64,000 nt of DNA from Octopus vulgaris (lineage: Eukaryota): positions 70,804,001-70,868,000 of the forward strand of contig OX597816.1 in assembly GCA_951406725.2 (NCBI GenBank). The letters are read 5' to 3'. The notes below the pieces were generated by a model that saw only the letters and a list, made by a program, of their open reading frames with translations, made no database searches and had not been told where the DNA came from. Position 1 is the stretch's first letter. Each line of letters opens with the position of its first letter. The position numbers and the translations under genes were made by a program. Positions 36,801 through 49,911 of the stretch are shown one piece after another.

Positions 36801-39800
36801 AGCAGTGTTCTGTGAAAACATTTTCGGTCATGAAGAAATGTTTATTTATTTGGAAACTATTGAGAATTGGTAACACGAACAGCATCCAGCCATACAGTCT
36901 TCTTTAATAAGCTCCACCTGACCCATTCAGGCATAAAAAAGTGGATGCTAAAGTAATAATAATAATAATAATGATGATGATGAGTAAGGACTTCTTATTG
37001 TTGTATTTGTAGAGGAAATTTGGTTGATTTGTAGACGTTCTATTTGACTATCTTGTGTTTCATTTCTTTATTTTCAGACAAACTTGCAATCGAGGGCAAA
37101 GTGATCCAACGTGCAGAATGTCGACCTGTGGCCAATGACACATACATGAAACTGAAACGGTTGGTTCCAGGTTCAATATCTATTTCATCCTGTGAAAAGA
37201 CATTGGGTCGTAGTAGGGTGGAACTGAAAGATTGAATGTGACCTGTGGGTCACTTTTTCAGATGTTATTCAAAAGAAATGGTGATATCCCATATCACATA
37301 TTTACCTAACTCGTAGTGGGGACGAAGAGAAAGATTGAATGTGACCCGTGGGTCACATTTTCAGATGTTATTCAAAAGAAATGGTGACCCCAGGACTTAT
37401 TCTTTGGAAGCCTAGTACTTAATCTATCGGTCTCTTTTGCTGAACCACTAAGTTACGGGAACATAAACACACCAGCATCTGTTAAGCAATGTTGGGGGGA
37501 GGACAAACATATACACACACGTACATATATATATATATGTACGACGGGCTCTTTTCAGTTTCTATCTACCAAATCCACTCACAAGGCTTTGGTCAGCCCT
37601 AGGCTATAGTAGAAGATACTTGACCAAGGTGCCATGCATCGGGACTGAGCCCGGAACCATGTAGTTGGTAAGCAAGCTACTTACCACACAGCCACTCCTA
37701 TGTTGGTTTGCGAAATTAAGATGCAAATTCCCAAGTGCTCCACAGACACACGTACTCTTAACGTAGTTCTTAGGAAGCTTCAGTGTAACACAGAATGGTC
37801 CTTTAAATTATGAGTACAACTCATTTTTGCCAGCTGAGTGGACTCGAGCAATATGAAATAAAGTGTCTTGCTCAAGCAGGGTTGGCCTTAAACCAATTGG
37901 ATCGATTGCTCCCAATCGGGCCCCACACTCAAGGAGGCCACATCCTATACTATGAAATTTTATGATGGTGGTCTCCCTGAAGTTTAAAAAAATCTATATA
38001 GAAATGCTCTTTAAAAAAACATACTTTTTACACTTTAGTGATGCAAGATACCAAAAGATAAACCCATTCATGCAAAATTGCCAGTCAGCCTTGCTCGTAT
38101 TTTTAGTGTAAGGGTCAGTTGTATGTATGCATGTATGTATGTGAATATTTGGGAGTGTTTATGGGTATGTTGGGGTAAAATATTTGTGTGTGTGATAGAG
38201 TATGTATGTGATTGTTTAAGTGTATGATGAATTATTAATTTGCTTTTTATGTATATCTCTTTTAGCTTAACATCCTGCAACAGATAAGCGTTTCTTTGGG
38301 ATCTTGTTAAATTTCTTTTCAATTTTTGCCAGAATATTTTTAAAAGGTGTAGTGTAGTTTAGATGTGGTTTCGCTTACTGATGGTGAAAATTTTTGGTAA
38401 ATTTATAGTTTAACACCCAACTCAATTTCAGTGGAAAATAATGCTTTTTCCTCATTTTTTTTTTTCCTTGTGCTATCAACTAATCTAATCTCCTAATATG
38501 CTGCAAATAATTTTTTCAACAGAAATCGGAGCAGGGTGGGGTAGAGTGGACTTCGGAAATTCACCCCCTCACGTCACCCAATTGGGCCCCACACTTCCTA
38601 AGGCCGGCCCTATGCTCAAGGACATAATGGACTGCCAGGAATTGAACTCACAACCTTTATGATCATGAGCTGGATACCCTAACCACAAAGCTATACACCT
38701 TCAGAAACTTACATAAATAAGCTAAGAGATTATGTATTGAAGATGCTTGCAAAAATTTTCAGTTCTCAAATATCAGATTTTTTCCCCCTAATTAATTTTG
38801 TGAATTTAATTCTCAACTTCTTGAAATTTTCTCCCTTTTACTCTGAGTATCACTCACAATTAACTACTAGATTTTTTTTTTTTCTGCGACTAAGAGGGGA
38901 ATTTTAATTGATTAAGGGTTTCATTGCATACATGATTCAGTACAGAATTCTATAATGTTCTTATAGATTTTATTGTGTTGAATAATTTAATCTGAAACTT
39001 TACCAAATCATCATCTTTACTACTTCATCTCAACAGCAGTAGTAATAGGATGAATGGAGTGAAATTTGAATCCATGACTACTTTGTGATCAATAGTCTAG
39101 TCCTTTCACCCTACAATCTCATTAGGTTCCATTCAATGAAAAAGCTTTTAACATGCCAAGATTAAAGCCTGAGGCAAGCTTTGAACTAGGTGGCAACAGA
39201 GCAAACTCTGATCAAGTTAAGACCAGGGAAAGAGACTAGCTTTGATCAAGTTGAGATTGAGGCAAGAGAAAAACTTTGTTCAAGTTGAGATTAGTGCAAA
39301 AGATAAGCTTTGATCAAGTTGAGATTAGAGCAAGAGAAAAACTTTGTTCAAGTTGAGATTAGTGCAAAAGATAAGCTTTTGTCAAGTTGAGATTAGAGCA
39401 AGAGATAATCTTTGGTCAAGTTGAGATTAGAGCAAGAGATAATCTTTGGTCAAGTTGAGATTAGAGCAAGAGATAATCTTTGGTCAAGTTGAGATTAGTG
39501 CAAAAGATAAGCTTTGATCAAGTTGAGATTAGAGCAAATGATAATCTTTGGTCAAGTTGAAATAAAGAGGCAAGCTTTGCATTTTAATTTTCTATTTCAA
39601 AGTCATTTTTGTATGGTTAATGCTTTCAGGGTAGACATGAATGTCACAACCCCTCATTGCATCCTTAAAAATATGTCTAGTCATAAGTTATTGACTCTAT
39701 TCATAATTAACTAAAACAGTCACATGAATTTAAATTAATATACACTAGAACTTTTGACAACATATTTCACATAAAGAAGAGTTGTTTGGGCATAACTGCA

Positions 39801-42800
39801 GACTGCAGTTTTAAAGAGAGATTGAAGTGAAGTCACACGAGCTGTAATTTACTTGACCGTCTTCCCCAGGAATTTGAAACGTGACGGGTATTATAGACTG
39901 AAGACAAAACATTTCCCCTATTAACTTCATCTTTGTTCACCTTTGTACACATGCAGGAAACTAGAATAAAATGTTTCTGTTTAAACAGTTTACAGCTTGT
40001 CTCAAAGAATAAACCAGCACGTCAAGTGAAACAGCTGGATATGGTGGTTAACAACTATAGACCAGTAACAGAGCACTCCTTCATGGTAAGAAACTTATTT
40101 TATTGTTGTTTTTTTTCTTTAGATTTTGTGGGTTTTTAAAAATTTTATTTGTTTGTTTTTTGTCACACTTGTATGGGTGGAGTTTTATTGTGTTTTTTCT
40201 ATTTATTTGTTTGTTTTAAATCCTTTGTTTCTATAGTTGGATGCCCTTCCTTCCTACTGTATAAACTAGACAACCATGAAGTAGTAGCAGAACCTGTTTT
40301 TCTTTTCTGTGCTTTAAAGAATTTTTAAAATTTTAATTAATCTCTACAAGCTGTGTTATTCGTATGCATTTACTTGCATTTCTCGGATGCAACAATGCAA
40401 ATGCTGGAATAAGATCTTAAACCTTACATCCATGTAGTTAGTGGCCCAGTGCCATCACCTCAGAAAACATTGCAAAGTTAAGCTCAGCTGTTGTTTGTTT
40501 TTAAGTGTAGACAAATTGAATGAAATTTGTATGGTTTACGGTTGTGTGATGATTTTATAGTCATGTGTGTGCATATGTATGCAGATGTATTTGTGTGTTT
40601 TGAGTTTGTGGGTGAAGCAAATAATTCATCTCATCTATAAAACATCTGCAGCTGTCAGTTTGAGATGTCAGTCTAGCAGCTAAAAGAATCGACAGCTTGT
40701 ATGTGTGTTGCATGTCATTGGTACTGCACAATCATCTCAACAAAGACACCTTAGCTGTCAAAGGAATAATCCACTTCTGACATATGTTGTTGGTGTTGAC
40801 AGGCCTCGAGGTCAGCTCTGATTGATCTAACAGGCTTATGATCAAGGTATTTCAGCCATGACCCTCCTGTCTATTTGTATTGTATTCGGCTTGGCTGTGT
40901 GGTAAGAAGTTCGCTTCCAAACCACATGGTTTCAGGTTCAGTCCCACTGTGTGGCACCTTGGTCAAATGTCTTTTACTGGGTCGACCAAAGCCTTGTGTG
41001 TGGATTTGGTAGATGGAAACTGTAAGAATATTTTTGTATATGTGTGTGTGTGTGTGTGTGTGTTACAGTCTCCTTGCCTTGACATTGCATAATGGTTGTA
41101 CATGAGTGTCACAGTTATGCTATTTTCTGTGAAAACATGTCCGGTCATGGGGAAATATTGTCCTTCTTGGAAACAGGTGAGGGTTGACAACTGGAAGGGC
41201 ATCCAGCCATAGAAAATTTACCTTGATAAATTCCATCCAGCCTATATGAGTATGGAGAAAGCAAACAATAAAAGATTAATGATGATTGCATATTCTTCCA
41301 TTTTTATGAAAATATGGTAGAGATTGAGATTTCAAAGAGACTTAGCTGGTATTTCTAACAGGTCGAGTAACCATGTAGAGGTTATGTTATTGGCTTGTTC
41401 TGCTCAATATAGACTGCTACAGTAGAAAGATACAATTGCACTGTTGTAAGCAGGAACACTCTATAATTGATGAGTGTTTTCACTGACTTAGTTGTTCTGA
41501 ACTCTAATTGCTCTGTAGACAAAACCTTTAGTAATCTTCCATTCTGTCATAGACATGAGCTGTTTCTCAGTTTCTTGTGTCTGTGAGGCACACTGCAACA
41601 TATCTTTCTCTGTTGCTTGTTCCTCATTGGATTGTGGCTCTGCCGAGGCACTCTCTTGAAAGGTTTCGGTTGAACAAATCAATCCCAGCACATACTCTTT
41701 ACCCTTTTACGCTTTTACCTGTTTCACTCATTTGACTGCAGCCATGCTGGAGCACCACCTTTAGTTGTGCAAATCGACCCCAGGATTTATTCTGTGGAAA
41801 CCTGGTACTTATTCTATCAGTCTCTTTTGCTGAACCGCTAAGTTACGGGGACGTAAACACACCAACATCGGTTGTCAAGCGATGTTGGGGGACAAACATA
41901 TATACACATAAAGTTAATCCAAACATGAAAACACAAAGAGAAAACACAACAACGCATGGACGTGGAACAAGCATAGTGTTATTGGACATTCAGGAAAGGA
42001 AAGAAAGAAGGAGGATTTAACGTTTCGAGCAGAGCTCTTTGTCAGAAACATAGGAAAAGGAAAGATCCAAGGAAGGGAAGACGGAGGAAAAAGAAAATTG
42101 CCAACGATACACACACAGTCACATATTGAATATACATACATACATACGGCAGGCTTCTTTCAGTTTCCGTTTACCAAATCCACTCAAGGCTTTGGTCGGC
42201 CCGAGGCTATAGTAGAAGACACTTGCCCAAGGTGCCACGCAGTGGGAATGAGCTCGGAACCATGTGGTTGGTAAGCAAGCTACTTACCATACATCCACCC
42301 CTGCGCCTGTATATATTTTTCTTTCAAGTCTGGTTCTTATTGATTTAATTTCTTTTTCTGAAAGACTAAGTTATGCAGAAGTAAACAAACCAACACCGTT
42401 TGTCAAGCAGTAAGGTGGGGGAAAACAGAAATAATGATATGCACACACACACACACATGTAAGTGCAAGTATCGCTGTTGGGGAAGTTTGTTTCTCAACT
42501 CAATTTATTGGTCAGCCTGGGGTTATAGTAGAAGAAACATACCCAAGCTACTGCACAGTGGGATTGAACTTAAAACTACATGCTTGCAAAGCAAGTTTCT
42601 TAACCACAGTCATGTCTTAGCTTATGTATCAACTGCTTCATTTCTGCTGGCTAATTAATCAAATATAAGGTGGTGAGCTGGCAGAATAGTTAACACATTG
42701 GACAAAATATTTAGTTGCATTTCACCTGACTTTTACATTCTGAGTTCAAATTCCTCCAAGGTCAACTTTACCTTTCATCTTTCTGGGGTGGGTAAAATAA

Positions 42801-45800
42801 GTACCGGTTGAACACTGGTGTCAATTTAATTGACTTGGCCCCTCCCCTGAATTTACTGGCCTTGTGCCAAAATTTGAAACCATATTAAATAAACACCAGC
42901 AAAGTAATTATCTAATCAAGCAAACTTGCCTGCAGGTGACTCTCATCCTTTTGCCATTCATTTTGTTCAGACAGGGTATCTAGGGGTACATTATCTAATC
43001 CAATGTATCCTCCCTTAAACATGATTGCAGTTTCAAGGGCATTTAAAAAACAAATTGATGTTTTAGTCCTCAAAGTGTGGCCACAGCTATCACCTTCACA
43101 GCATCTCTGAGATTAGATTTGACTCCTATTTCTAGCTGATTTTGCGACAATTTAAAAATTCCTCTCATTGGCTCATTTAGATTGTTTTTTTTTTTTGTTA
43201 TCTTGTGCTATTATATTCATCCATTTCAGTAAACAGACTTCAGAAAGTCACTGTAGATATTTTACTTTAGCTGTTGCACTACTAACCTTGTATTGTTTAG
43301 CTAATGGGGTATCTTCTGTGTAGTAATTTGACTTCCAAAATATAGCTAATGAATGTCCACCAAATTATTCATTATTATCTTAAAAAAAAAAACCGCACAT
43401 ACACATTTCATAATATGGTCCTAGTTATACCGTGTCTGGAAATAAAAGAATTTGGGATGAACATAGCTTGATTTAATTACATCTCTGTCTGGTTGGAACT
43501 GACCTGGGACCAAACGATATTTTTAATTTTTATGCTTTTGTGTTCAATGAAGCGTATGCTAATAATATGCTATTAATCTTTCCTATGATAGGAACAAGAC
43601 TTGAAATTTTGGGTGAAGGGGCTGGTCAATTATTTCAACCCCAATACTAAACTGGTACTTATTTTGTTGACCCTGACAAAATGAAAGGCAGTGTCAACCT
43701 CAGCAAAATTTGTTTGAGTGTTGGGCCTCACAGATGCTAGGTGGCTGAGTTCTTTTCAAGTGGAGCTCATGGAGGCGAGGTGACTGAGTTCCTTTCGTGC
43801 ATTGGGCCTCATGGAGGCAAAGTGGCTAAGCTCCTTTCGAGTGTTGGGCCTCATGGAGGCAATGACCAAGATCTTTGGCATTATGTTGTACTTGAGAAGA
43901 AGATCCATCAAGCTGAGAAAATTCGTAGTTGTGGCAGATACCAGAGTCACACAAATGGCACCTGTGCCGATGGTACGTAAAAGCACCCATTACACTCTTG
44001 GGGTGATTGGTGTTAGGAAGGGCATCCAGCCATAGGAAACCATGCGAAATCAGACTGGATCCTGGTGCAGCCTTCCAGTGTGCCAGCCCTGTCAAACAAT
44101 CCAACCCATGCCAGCATGGACAACGGATGTTAAATGATGATGAATGTCACAGAACAATTAAAAAAACACGATGTTTATTCCATCAAACAACAAAGTATCT
44201 CTTTACATTCACGTGGAAATTTCATGGAGATATGGTCCCGTACGATACCGGTGGGTTTCATTTATGTCGCATTCTCAACGCAGCTTCATCGTCCAAACAA
44301 TAACGCTGCTTTTAAAATTTTGACATTTAAATTTCTTTAAGAAATATGAATCCTAATGATGGTATCATAAGGTTGGCAGCATTGACAATTGAGCGGAAAA
44401 TGGTAATTTAAAGTCTGAAACAGAAAGGAAGCGTAGAGTGTGTGTGTGCGTGTGTACATATATATAAGTTGGACAAAATACTTTGCTAACAATTCTACTA
44501 TATTAATATTCAATCTATGACTATTACTACTACTACTACTACCATCTCTGTGCTACCACCACATATGTAGAGCGACAGTTGGCCGTAAAAACTTTGCTAG
44601 AATATTTGATATTCTCCTTTGTATTAACTTGCCTAAAGGCACAGGTGTTAGTATGTTACAGCAGATGGTTATGGATGCCAAATTTGAAATCAATTCATCT
44701 ACCATATATAATACAATATACATACATACACCCACACACATATATTTATATATATATATATACTTTATTTAAAAGCAGCAGAAATATAACAAAAGCTGCT
44801 ACTCGGAGTTTCATGTTCCTGTTCGTCAGACAGTTTTGGTAACAAAACTGTTCAACGAATGGGAACGTGAAACTCCAAGTAACAGCTTTTGTTATATTTC
44901 TGCTGCTTTTAAATAAAGCATATTACTCTACCTCCGGTATTTGAGTACTCTTTTTTCCACCTTGTTTCACATTTATGTGCTTACTCCGGTATATATATAT
45001 GTATATATACATACATACACACACACATATGCACACACACACTCACACAAGTGCATGTGCTAAATAGTTTGCTTCCCTTCCACATGGTTGTGAGTTCAGT
45101 CCCTCTGCAAGGCACCTTGGACAAGTGTATTTGGTAGGCAGAAACTGAAAGCAGCCCTTCATATGTGTATGTATGTGTGTTTGTGTGTGTGAGTGTATGT
45201 ATGTTTGTATCTGCTTGTCTTGACATCATGTGAGAGTCGTAAAATGATTGTCACTGTCATACAAGCAGCATCGTTCGCTTCTAGTATTCTGCATGAACAT
45301 GTCCCATCATGGGAAGATATTGTCTTACTTGGGATTCGATGAGGGTTGGTGACAAGAAGAGCTGCTGGCTGTAGAAAGTTTGCTTCAATAATCTCTGCCA
45401 AGGGCACCTGTGAAATTGTAATCGTGGCTGTTGCCGGTAGCATGATGTTCAAATGTTGGGCCTCATGGAGGTGCTGACAAGTGACCGAGACCATGGTGAT
45501 ATGCTGTGCTTGAGGAGACCAGTCAAGCCAAGTGAAACTAGTTGTGGCCATTGCCAGTGTCATGTAAATGGAACCTGTGAAGTCATAGCTGTGGCTGTTG
45601 CTGGTGTTGTGTAAATGGCACCTGTGTCGGTAGCACATAAAAAGCACCCATTACACTCTTGGAGTAGTTGGTATTAGGAAGGGCAGTTGTTGCTGTTTGG
45701 CCAGGGTTGTTTTGATTGCAAAAACTTTATGATGAAGGCCATATAATCATCTTGTCTTTCTTATATCAGAGATATGTGTCCTCTTCTGAGCTTGTAATTT

Positions 45801-47937
45801 ATGCTGTTTGAATGGATTTTGGCCATTGTTCTTGGTAGTTAGCATGGCTAATCAGTTCTTTTTAAGATAGTGTGTGCACACCTGCACATGCACACACATT
45901 GCTAGAGAAGGAGGGAAAGAGATTACAATGTTATAGATGGTAAGAGAGTACAAATGATTATATATATATGTGTGTATGTGTGTTAATTATTCATAATTTT
46001 TATGTTTGCTTTCCTTGCTGACATGTGTGAGATGAGTTGGCACTCATTCTGAGTCAGCTCTTTACTTTTATCTGTCAAATTTTAATGATGATAATACTGG
46101 GTCAAATATTTTATTCATTTACAGAAAGAACATGAGCAACGAAAGAAAGTTGAAGGCAAGAATATCCGTAAGGAGAAGAATGAAGTTACCGATATGCTGT
46201 TCAATGCATTTGAGCAGCACCAGTACTACAATGTCAAAGACTTGGTCCGTATTACCAAACAGCCCATTGTACGTAACATTTTAGTCTTCTTCCTTCTGTC
46301 ATCTGTATTCTTTGCTAGTGTTTCTCTTCCAGCAGCATCTCACTTTCACATACAATATGTAGTCTGGCATGTCTGTAGAGAGAAATCCTATTGACTTTGT
46401 TTTTCTTTTATCCTCTATTGCAGTGTTTTTCAACTATTTTACCCTTACATAACCCTTAAAATATACTACATGTCTCAACGGACCCCTGCACAAAAGATAT
46501 TATATACCATATCTTTCTCATATTTTTTATCTTAGTTCATGTGGAAAATATCATATATATATGTAGGGTGTCCATAAATTACAGACATCACTAAATATAT
46601 CCCCAGTGGTGGTTATATTTTTTTGATAACATAATGGGTTAGAGAGGATGATGTCTATATTACAATAACCAATAATATGTTGTGAATGTATAATATTATT
46701 ATGATCATGAAATTAGCATTAGCTTATCTCACTCTTCCTCATGAAACCCCTAGGAAACTTTTGCAGAACCCTAGGATTCTGGAGATCCCCGGTTAGGAAA
46801 CACTGCTCTAGTGCAAGACCTTTTTATCTGTTCATTAATACAACTCCCATCTTCAGTTGAGGATTCTCATCTTTCAAGTTATTTGAGGACCTTACTGCTG
46901 CTGTTGGTGACACTTAAAAAGCACCCAAGTACACTGTAAAGTGATTGGCATCAGGAAAGATGTCGAGTCATAGAAACCGCGCAGAGGCAGACAGCAAGGA
47001 TCAGAGCAGTCTTCTGACTTGGCAGTTGCTGTGGGACCATCCAACCCATGCCAGCATGGAAAACAGACATTAAATGATAAGGATGAGGGCTTCCTCAAAC
47101 GAAGAAGAGTGTCATCTATGTCAAGCTGTCCAACCCAATCCAGCATGGAAAATGGATATTAAATGATGGTGATGATGATGATGATAGCGATCTAGTTAAG
47201 AAACTCATTTAAGAACCATCTGATTTTGAGTTCAGTTCCATTGTGCAGCACTTTTGACAAGTATCTTCTGTTATGGTGTTGTGCTCACCAAAGCTTTGTG
47301 AGTGGATAGAAACAGAAACTGAAGGAAACCTGACACACACACATACATTATATATTGTTATCATCATCATTTAATGTCCATTGTCCTTGCTGGCATGGGT
47401 TGGATGGTTTGACTAGGGCTGGTAAGCTGGAAGGCTGCACCAGACTCCAGTCTGATTTGGCATGGTTTTCTACAGTTGGATGCCCTTCCTAATGCCAATA
47501 TGTGTATGTGTCTGCTTTTCTTGACATCACATGATGGTTCAAATCAAGTGTCATTGTCTATAAGTGTTGATTTTCATTCCTAGTCTTCTGCAAAAACCAT
47601 CTGGGCACGGGGAAATATTACTTTGCTTGGAAACAAGGGAGGGTTGGTGACAGGGAAGGCATCCATCCATGCCATGGAAAATCTGCATCAATGAATTGAT
47701 TCATGCAAGAAGCATGGATAAGTGGACATTAAAACAATGATAATAACCATGATCCTTTTCTCCCTTTGCCATTCTTAATGATGTTTATTGATCTAATAGG
47801 TTTTTCCCCCTTTTTTTTATCTCCAGATTTACTTGAAGGAAATTCTGAAAGAGATTTGTACATACAACATGAAAGCCCCACACAAAAACATGTGGGAACT
47901 GAAGCCCGAGTACAGACACTACAAGGAAAAAACTTGA
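18980..47937 (+). CDS. GTF2F2: General transcription factor IIF subunit 2 (RAP30): join(18980..19051,19901..19980,27362..27537,30594..30614,37078..37159,39989..40085,46125..46268,47827..47937), 260 aa (253 without microexon)
   Basis: Spliced translation ...VDLTAAGRGVWLVKVPKYLSEKW...EVGKLKI...PKEHKF...DKLAIEGKVIQRAECRP...YMKLKRLQ...VVNNYRPV...EGKNIRKEKNEVTDMLFNAFEQHQYYNVKDLVRITKQPIIYLKEILKEICTYNMKAPHKNMWELKPEYRHY. Matches RAP30 N-terminal and winged-helix domains; GT-AG introns, phases consistent. Confidence 0.95.
19095..19350. mobile_element. MITE with TIRs of about 59 bp (Tc1/mariner-like, TA context)
   Basis: GGCATTCTTTCGATATAACTCGA...TCGAGTTATATCGAAAGAATGCC inside a (TA)n tract. Confidence 0.8.
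19901..19980 (+). CDS. GTF2F2: GTF2F2 coding exon 2
   Basis: TTTTCAG acceptor; encodes VPKYLSEKWRKAPCSCEVGKLKITRS; GTAAGT donor. Confidence 0.93.
21931..22450 (-). mobile_element. Family B short retroposon with (GAT)n tail and internal tandem repeats. Other copies at about 545-1450 +, 11360-11790 +, 26085-26370 -, 31540-31885 +, 32525-32805 -, 33490-33750 -, 43720-44143 +
   Basis: Shared 3' end CCAACCCATGCTAGCATGGAAAGCGGACG(T/C)TAAA(C/T)GATGATG and GGCACGTAAAAGCACC repeats. Confidence 0.8.
23330..23545 (-). mobile_element. tRNA-headed SINE, family C. Other copies at about 13760-13970 +, 22590-22750 +, 24035-24200 -, 42670-42880 +
   Basis: GGCGAGCTGGCAGAAACGTTAGC...TGAGTTCAAATTC...GTCGACTTTGCCTTTCATCCTTTCGGGGTCGATAAA. 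Confidence 0.8.
27362..27537 (+). CDS. GTF2F2: GTF2F2 coding exon 3
   Basis: Long pyrimidine tract then TAG; encodes ISGSKPEVIFTLGE...VPKEHKFVLTAIGNQNLVVVSQTPTA; GTGAGT donor. Confidence 0.9.
29556..30390 (+). mobile_element. Internally deleted piggyBac DNA transposon
   Basis: TTAA TSD on both sides, TIR CCCCTTAATGGAT. ORF 29933-30145 has a piggyBac-type Cys-rich tail (RRCAKC...RESRYMCDVCKITLCVTPCF). Confidence 0.9.
30594..30614 (+). CDS. GTF2F2: Candidate GTF2F2 21-nt microexon ((D)VELGTT)
   Basis: ttgctttgttttatctctttcag|ATGTTGAATTAGGTACCACTG|gtgagt; phase 1-1, no stop, frame-preserving. Confidence 0.7.
35143..35260. repeat. Fold-back fragment of the 59.9-kb hammerhead family
   Basis: Arms 35143-35187 and 35216-35260 enclose GGCTGGAGGGTATATCAGCCGAAAC (stem II plus GAAA). 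Confidence 0.75.
37078..37159 (+). CDS. GTF2F2: GTF2F2 coding exon
   Basis: Encodes DKLAIEGKVIQRAECRPVANDTYMKLKR; TTTTCAG acceptor, GTTGGT donor. Confidence 0.92.
37877..38612. mobile_element. hAT-type non-autonomous element nested in a SINE
   Basis: Perfect 8-bp TSD TGCTCAAG at 37869-37876 and 38613-38620; imperfect TIR CAGGGTTGGCCTTA / TAAGGCCGGCCCTA. Confidence 0.85.
39207..39575. repeat. 34-bp minisatellite, about 11 units
   Basis: Unit TTTGGTCAAGTTGAGATTAGAGCAAGAGATAATC and variants. Confidence 0.9.
39989..40085 (+). CDS. GTF2F2: GTF2F2 coding exon
   Basis: Encodes LQLVSKNKPARQVKQLDMVVNNYRPVTEHSFM; GTAAGA donor. Confidence 0.9.
41913..42130 (-). mobile_element. Penelope-like pseudo-LTR fragment with decayed minimal hammerhead (42016-42048), nested in a SINE
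   Basis: UUU-CUGACAA-A-GAGC-UCU-GCUC-GAAA-CG-UU|AAA; interrupts the internal microsatellite of the SINE at 41700-42307. Confidence 0.6.
44763..44918. repeat. Fold-back repeat with two decayed head-to-head hammerhead motifs (44796-44833 minus; 44848-44885 plus)
   Basis: Arms of about 75 bp. Reconstructed consensus CUGU-CUGACGA-ACG-GGAA-CGU-GAAA-CUCCGAG-UA|ACAG. (TA)n flanks. Confidence 0.7.
46125..46268 (+). CDS. GTF2F2: GTF2F2 coding exon (winged helix start)
   Basis: Encodes KEHEQRKKVEGKNIRKEKNEVTDMLFNAFEQHQYYNVKDLVRITKQPI; GTACGT donor. Confidence 0.93.
46421..46805. mobile_element. hAT (Charlie-like) MITE
   Basis: TIR CAGTGTTT; TSD CTCTATTG / CTCTAGTG (7 of 8). Confidence 0.75.
47827..47937 (+). 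CDS. GTF2F2: GTF2F2 last coding exon
   Basis: Encodes IYLKEILKEICTYNMKAPHKNMWELKPEYRHYKEKT, then TGA. Confidence 0.93.
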   Translation: MYLKEILKEICTYNMKAPHKNMWELKPEYRHYKEKT

Positions 47938-48420
47938 GCAGAACACTCACTCATGTAGCTTTAGCTTTCTTTCCTAATACTCTATTTCACTTTTATTCAG
48001 TCCAGCAGTGCTGGTCACTACCATAAACTGCCAAAATTTCCTGTTTTTTTCTCTCTTTTATTGACCATTTTTATATGGTTCCAACTTAATTGTTTCTTTA
48101 TTTTTATTGTAAAAAAAAAAGACTAAATTAAAAAGATAATCTATTAATATAATTGGCAGTGTGTCATTCATATCTCTCTGTTTGTCCTTGCCCCCATCTT
48201 CCAAAAGAGATAACTCTGGTGCCATTGGATTTATCTATCTTGATTATTATATACAAACATATATAACAGATAATGTGAGAAGCAACTAAGCTACTGTTGG
48301 TAGTTACAGATGCAACACTTCTGCAATTTGATAGTTAATATTATTGTTGTTTTTGATATTTGTTGCAATATACAAATATATATATATATAGATAGATATA
48401 GATATATTTATATATATCAC

Positions 48421-48710
48421 CGTCACCGACCAGGCTATCAGATGTTGCTACACATCGCTGGTCACAATGCACTTCGCAGTGTTTTAGCCTTCAAATGACG
48501 CCATCCTGCTGGCTAAGCGGGCAGGCCAACAGAAGAAAGAGTGAGAGAAAGTTGTGGCAAAAGAGTACAGCAAGGATCGCCACCACCCCCTGCCGGAGCC
48601 TCGTGGAGCTTTAGGTGTTTTCGCTCAATAAACACAACGCCCGGTCTGGGAATCGAAATCGTGATCCTACGACCGCGAGTCCACTGCCCTAACCACTGGG
48701 CCATTGTGCC
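48421..48710 (-). mobile_element. tRNA-headed SINE, family E
   Basis: Head GGCACAATGGCCCAGTGGTTAGGGCAGTGGACTCGCGG...TTCGATTCCCAGACC, followed by a non-tRNA body; microsatellite flanks. Confidence 0.7.
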
Positions 48711-49911
48711 TACACACATACACACACACACACACACATATATATATATTTATAGGTGCAGGAGTGTGTGTGTGGTAAGTAGCTTGCTTACCAACCACAT
48801 TGCTCTGGGTTCACTCCCAATACATGGCACCTTGGGTAATTATCTTCTATAGCCTTGGGTTGACCAAAACCTTGTGAGGGGATTTGGTAGACAGGAACTG
48901 AAAGAAGCCCGTCGTGTATATATATATTATAAATAAGAGTGGTGTCTGTGTTTGACACCCCACCATCACTTGACAACCAATGCTGGTGTGGTTACGTCCC
49001 CATAACTTAGCGGTTCGGCAAAATATACCGATAGAATAAGTACTAGGCTTACAAAGAATAAGTCCTGAGGTCGATATACACACACATACATATATATATA
49101 CATACACACATATATTGTGCTGCCTTGAGACTGGCTTCCATGCCGGTGGCATGTAAAAAGCACACACTACACTCACGGAGTGGTGGCGTTAGGAAGGGCA
49201 TCCAGCTGTAGAAACACTGCCAGATCAGACTGAAGCCTGGTGCAACCTCCTGGCTTCCCAGACCCCGGTCGAACCGTCCAACCCATGCTAGTATGGAAAA
49301 CGGACGTTAAACGATGATGATGATGATATATACGACGGGCTTCTTTCAGTTTCCGTCTACCAAATCCACTCACAAGCCCGAGGCTGTAGTTGAAGACACT
49401 TGCCCAAGGTGCCACGCAGTGGGACTGAACCCGGAACCATGTGGTTGGTAAGCAAGCTACTTACCACACAGCCACTCCTACGCCTATTCCTCTCAATAAA
49501 GGTTTGAAAAGAAATTAATGAAAATGATGTACATATTTTGTTAATTTAGCTACAAGCTGTGAAGCCTGCTTACAGTTCAGTGGAGTGTGACTTTGAGATT
49601 TAAGGGACTTGGCTGAAGATATGTCGTACCGTTGGTAACGGGATGCAAAATTGATGGTTGTAAAGCGATTTCTGGATACAGCCATCTGCACAGTGTCAAA
49701 TACATAATAGTAAGGAGATAGGCAAGGCATTCCAGCTGTTATCATCTTGCCTTCGTTTTCAGATAGAATATATATATATATATACTTATTTATTTAACAA
49801 TTAAGGATAACTTCTTAATAAGGAATCTTAACAAGAAATTATCAGGTAGTTAGCGTGAAAAACCTCATAAGAGAAAAAAATTCGAAAATAATTTTTTTCT
49901 TTTGAAAATAT

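Noticed and set aside
37227-37387. Direct duplication of about 57 bp (104-bp period) containing a GTGACC/GGTCAC hairpin after a GTF2F2 donor
   Set aside because: Only two copies and no snoRNA boxes or other support; treated as a local duplication.
48640-48710. Possible tRNA gene on the minus strand
   Set aside because: Acceptor stem does not close and the sequence runs on into a SINE body.
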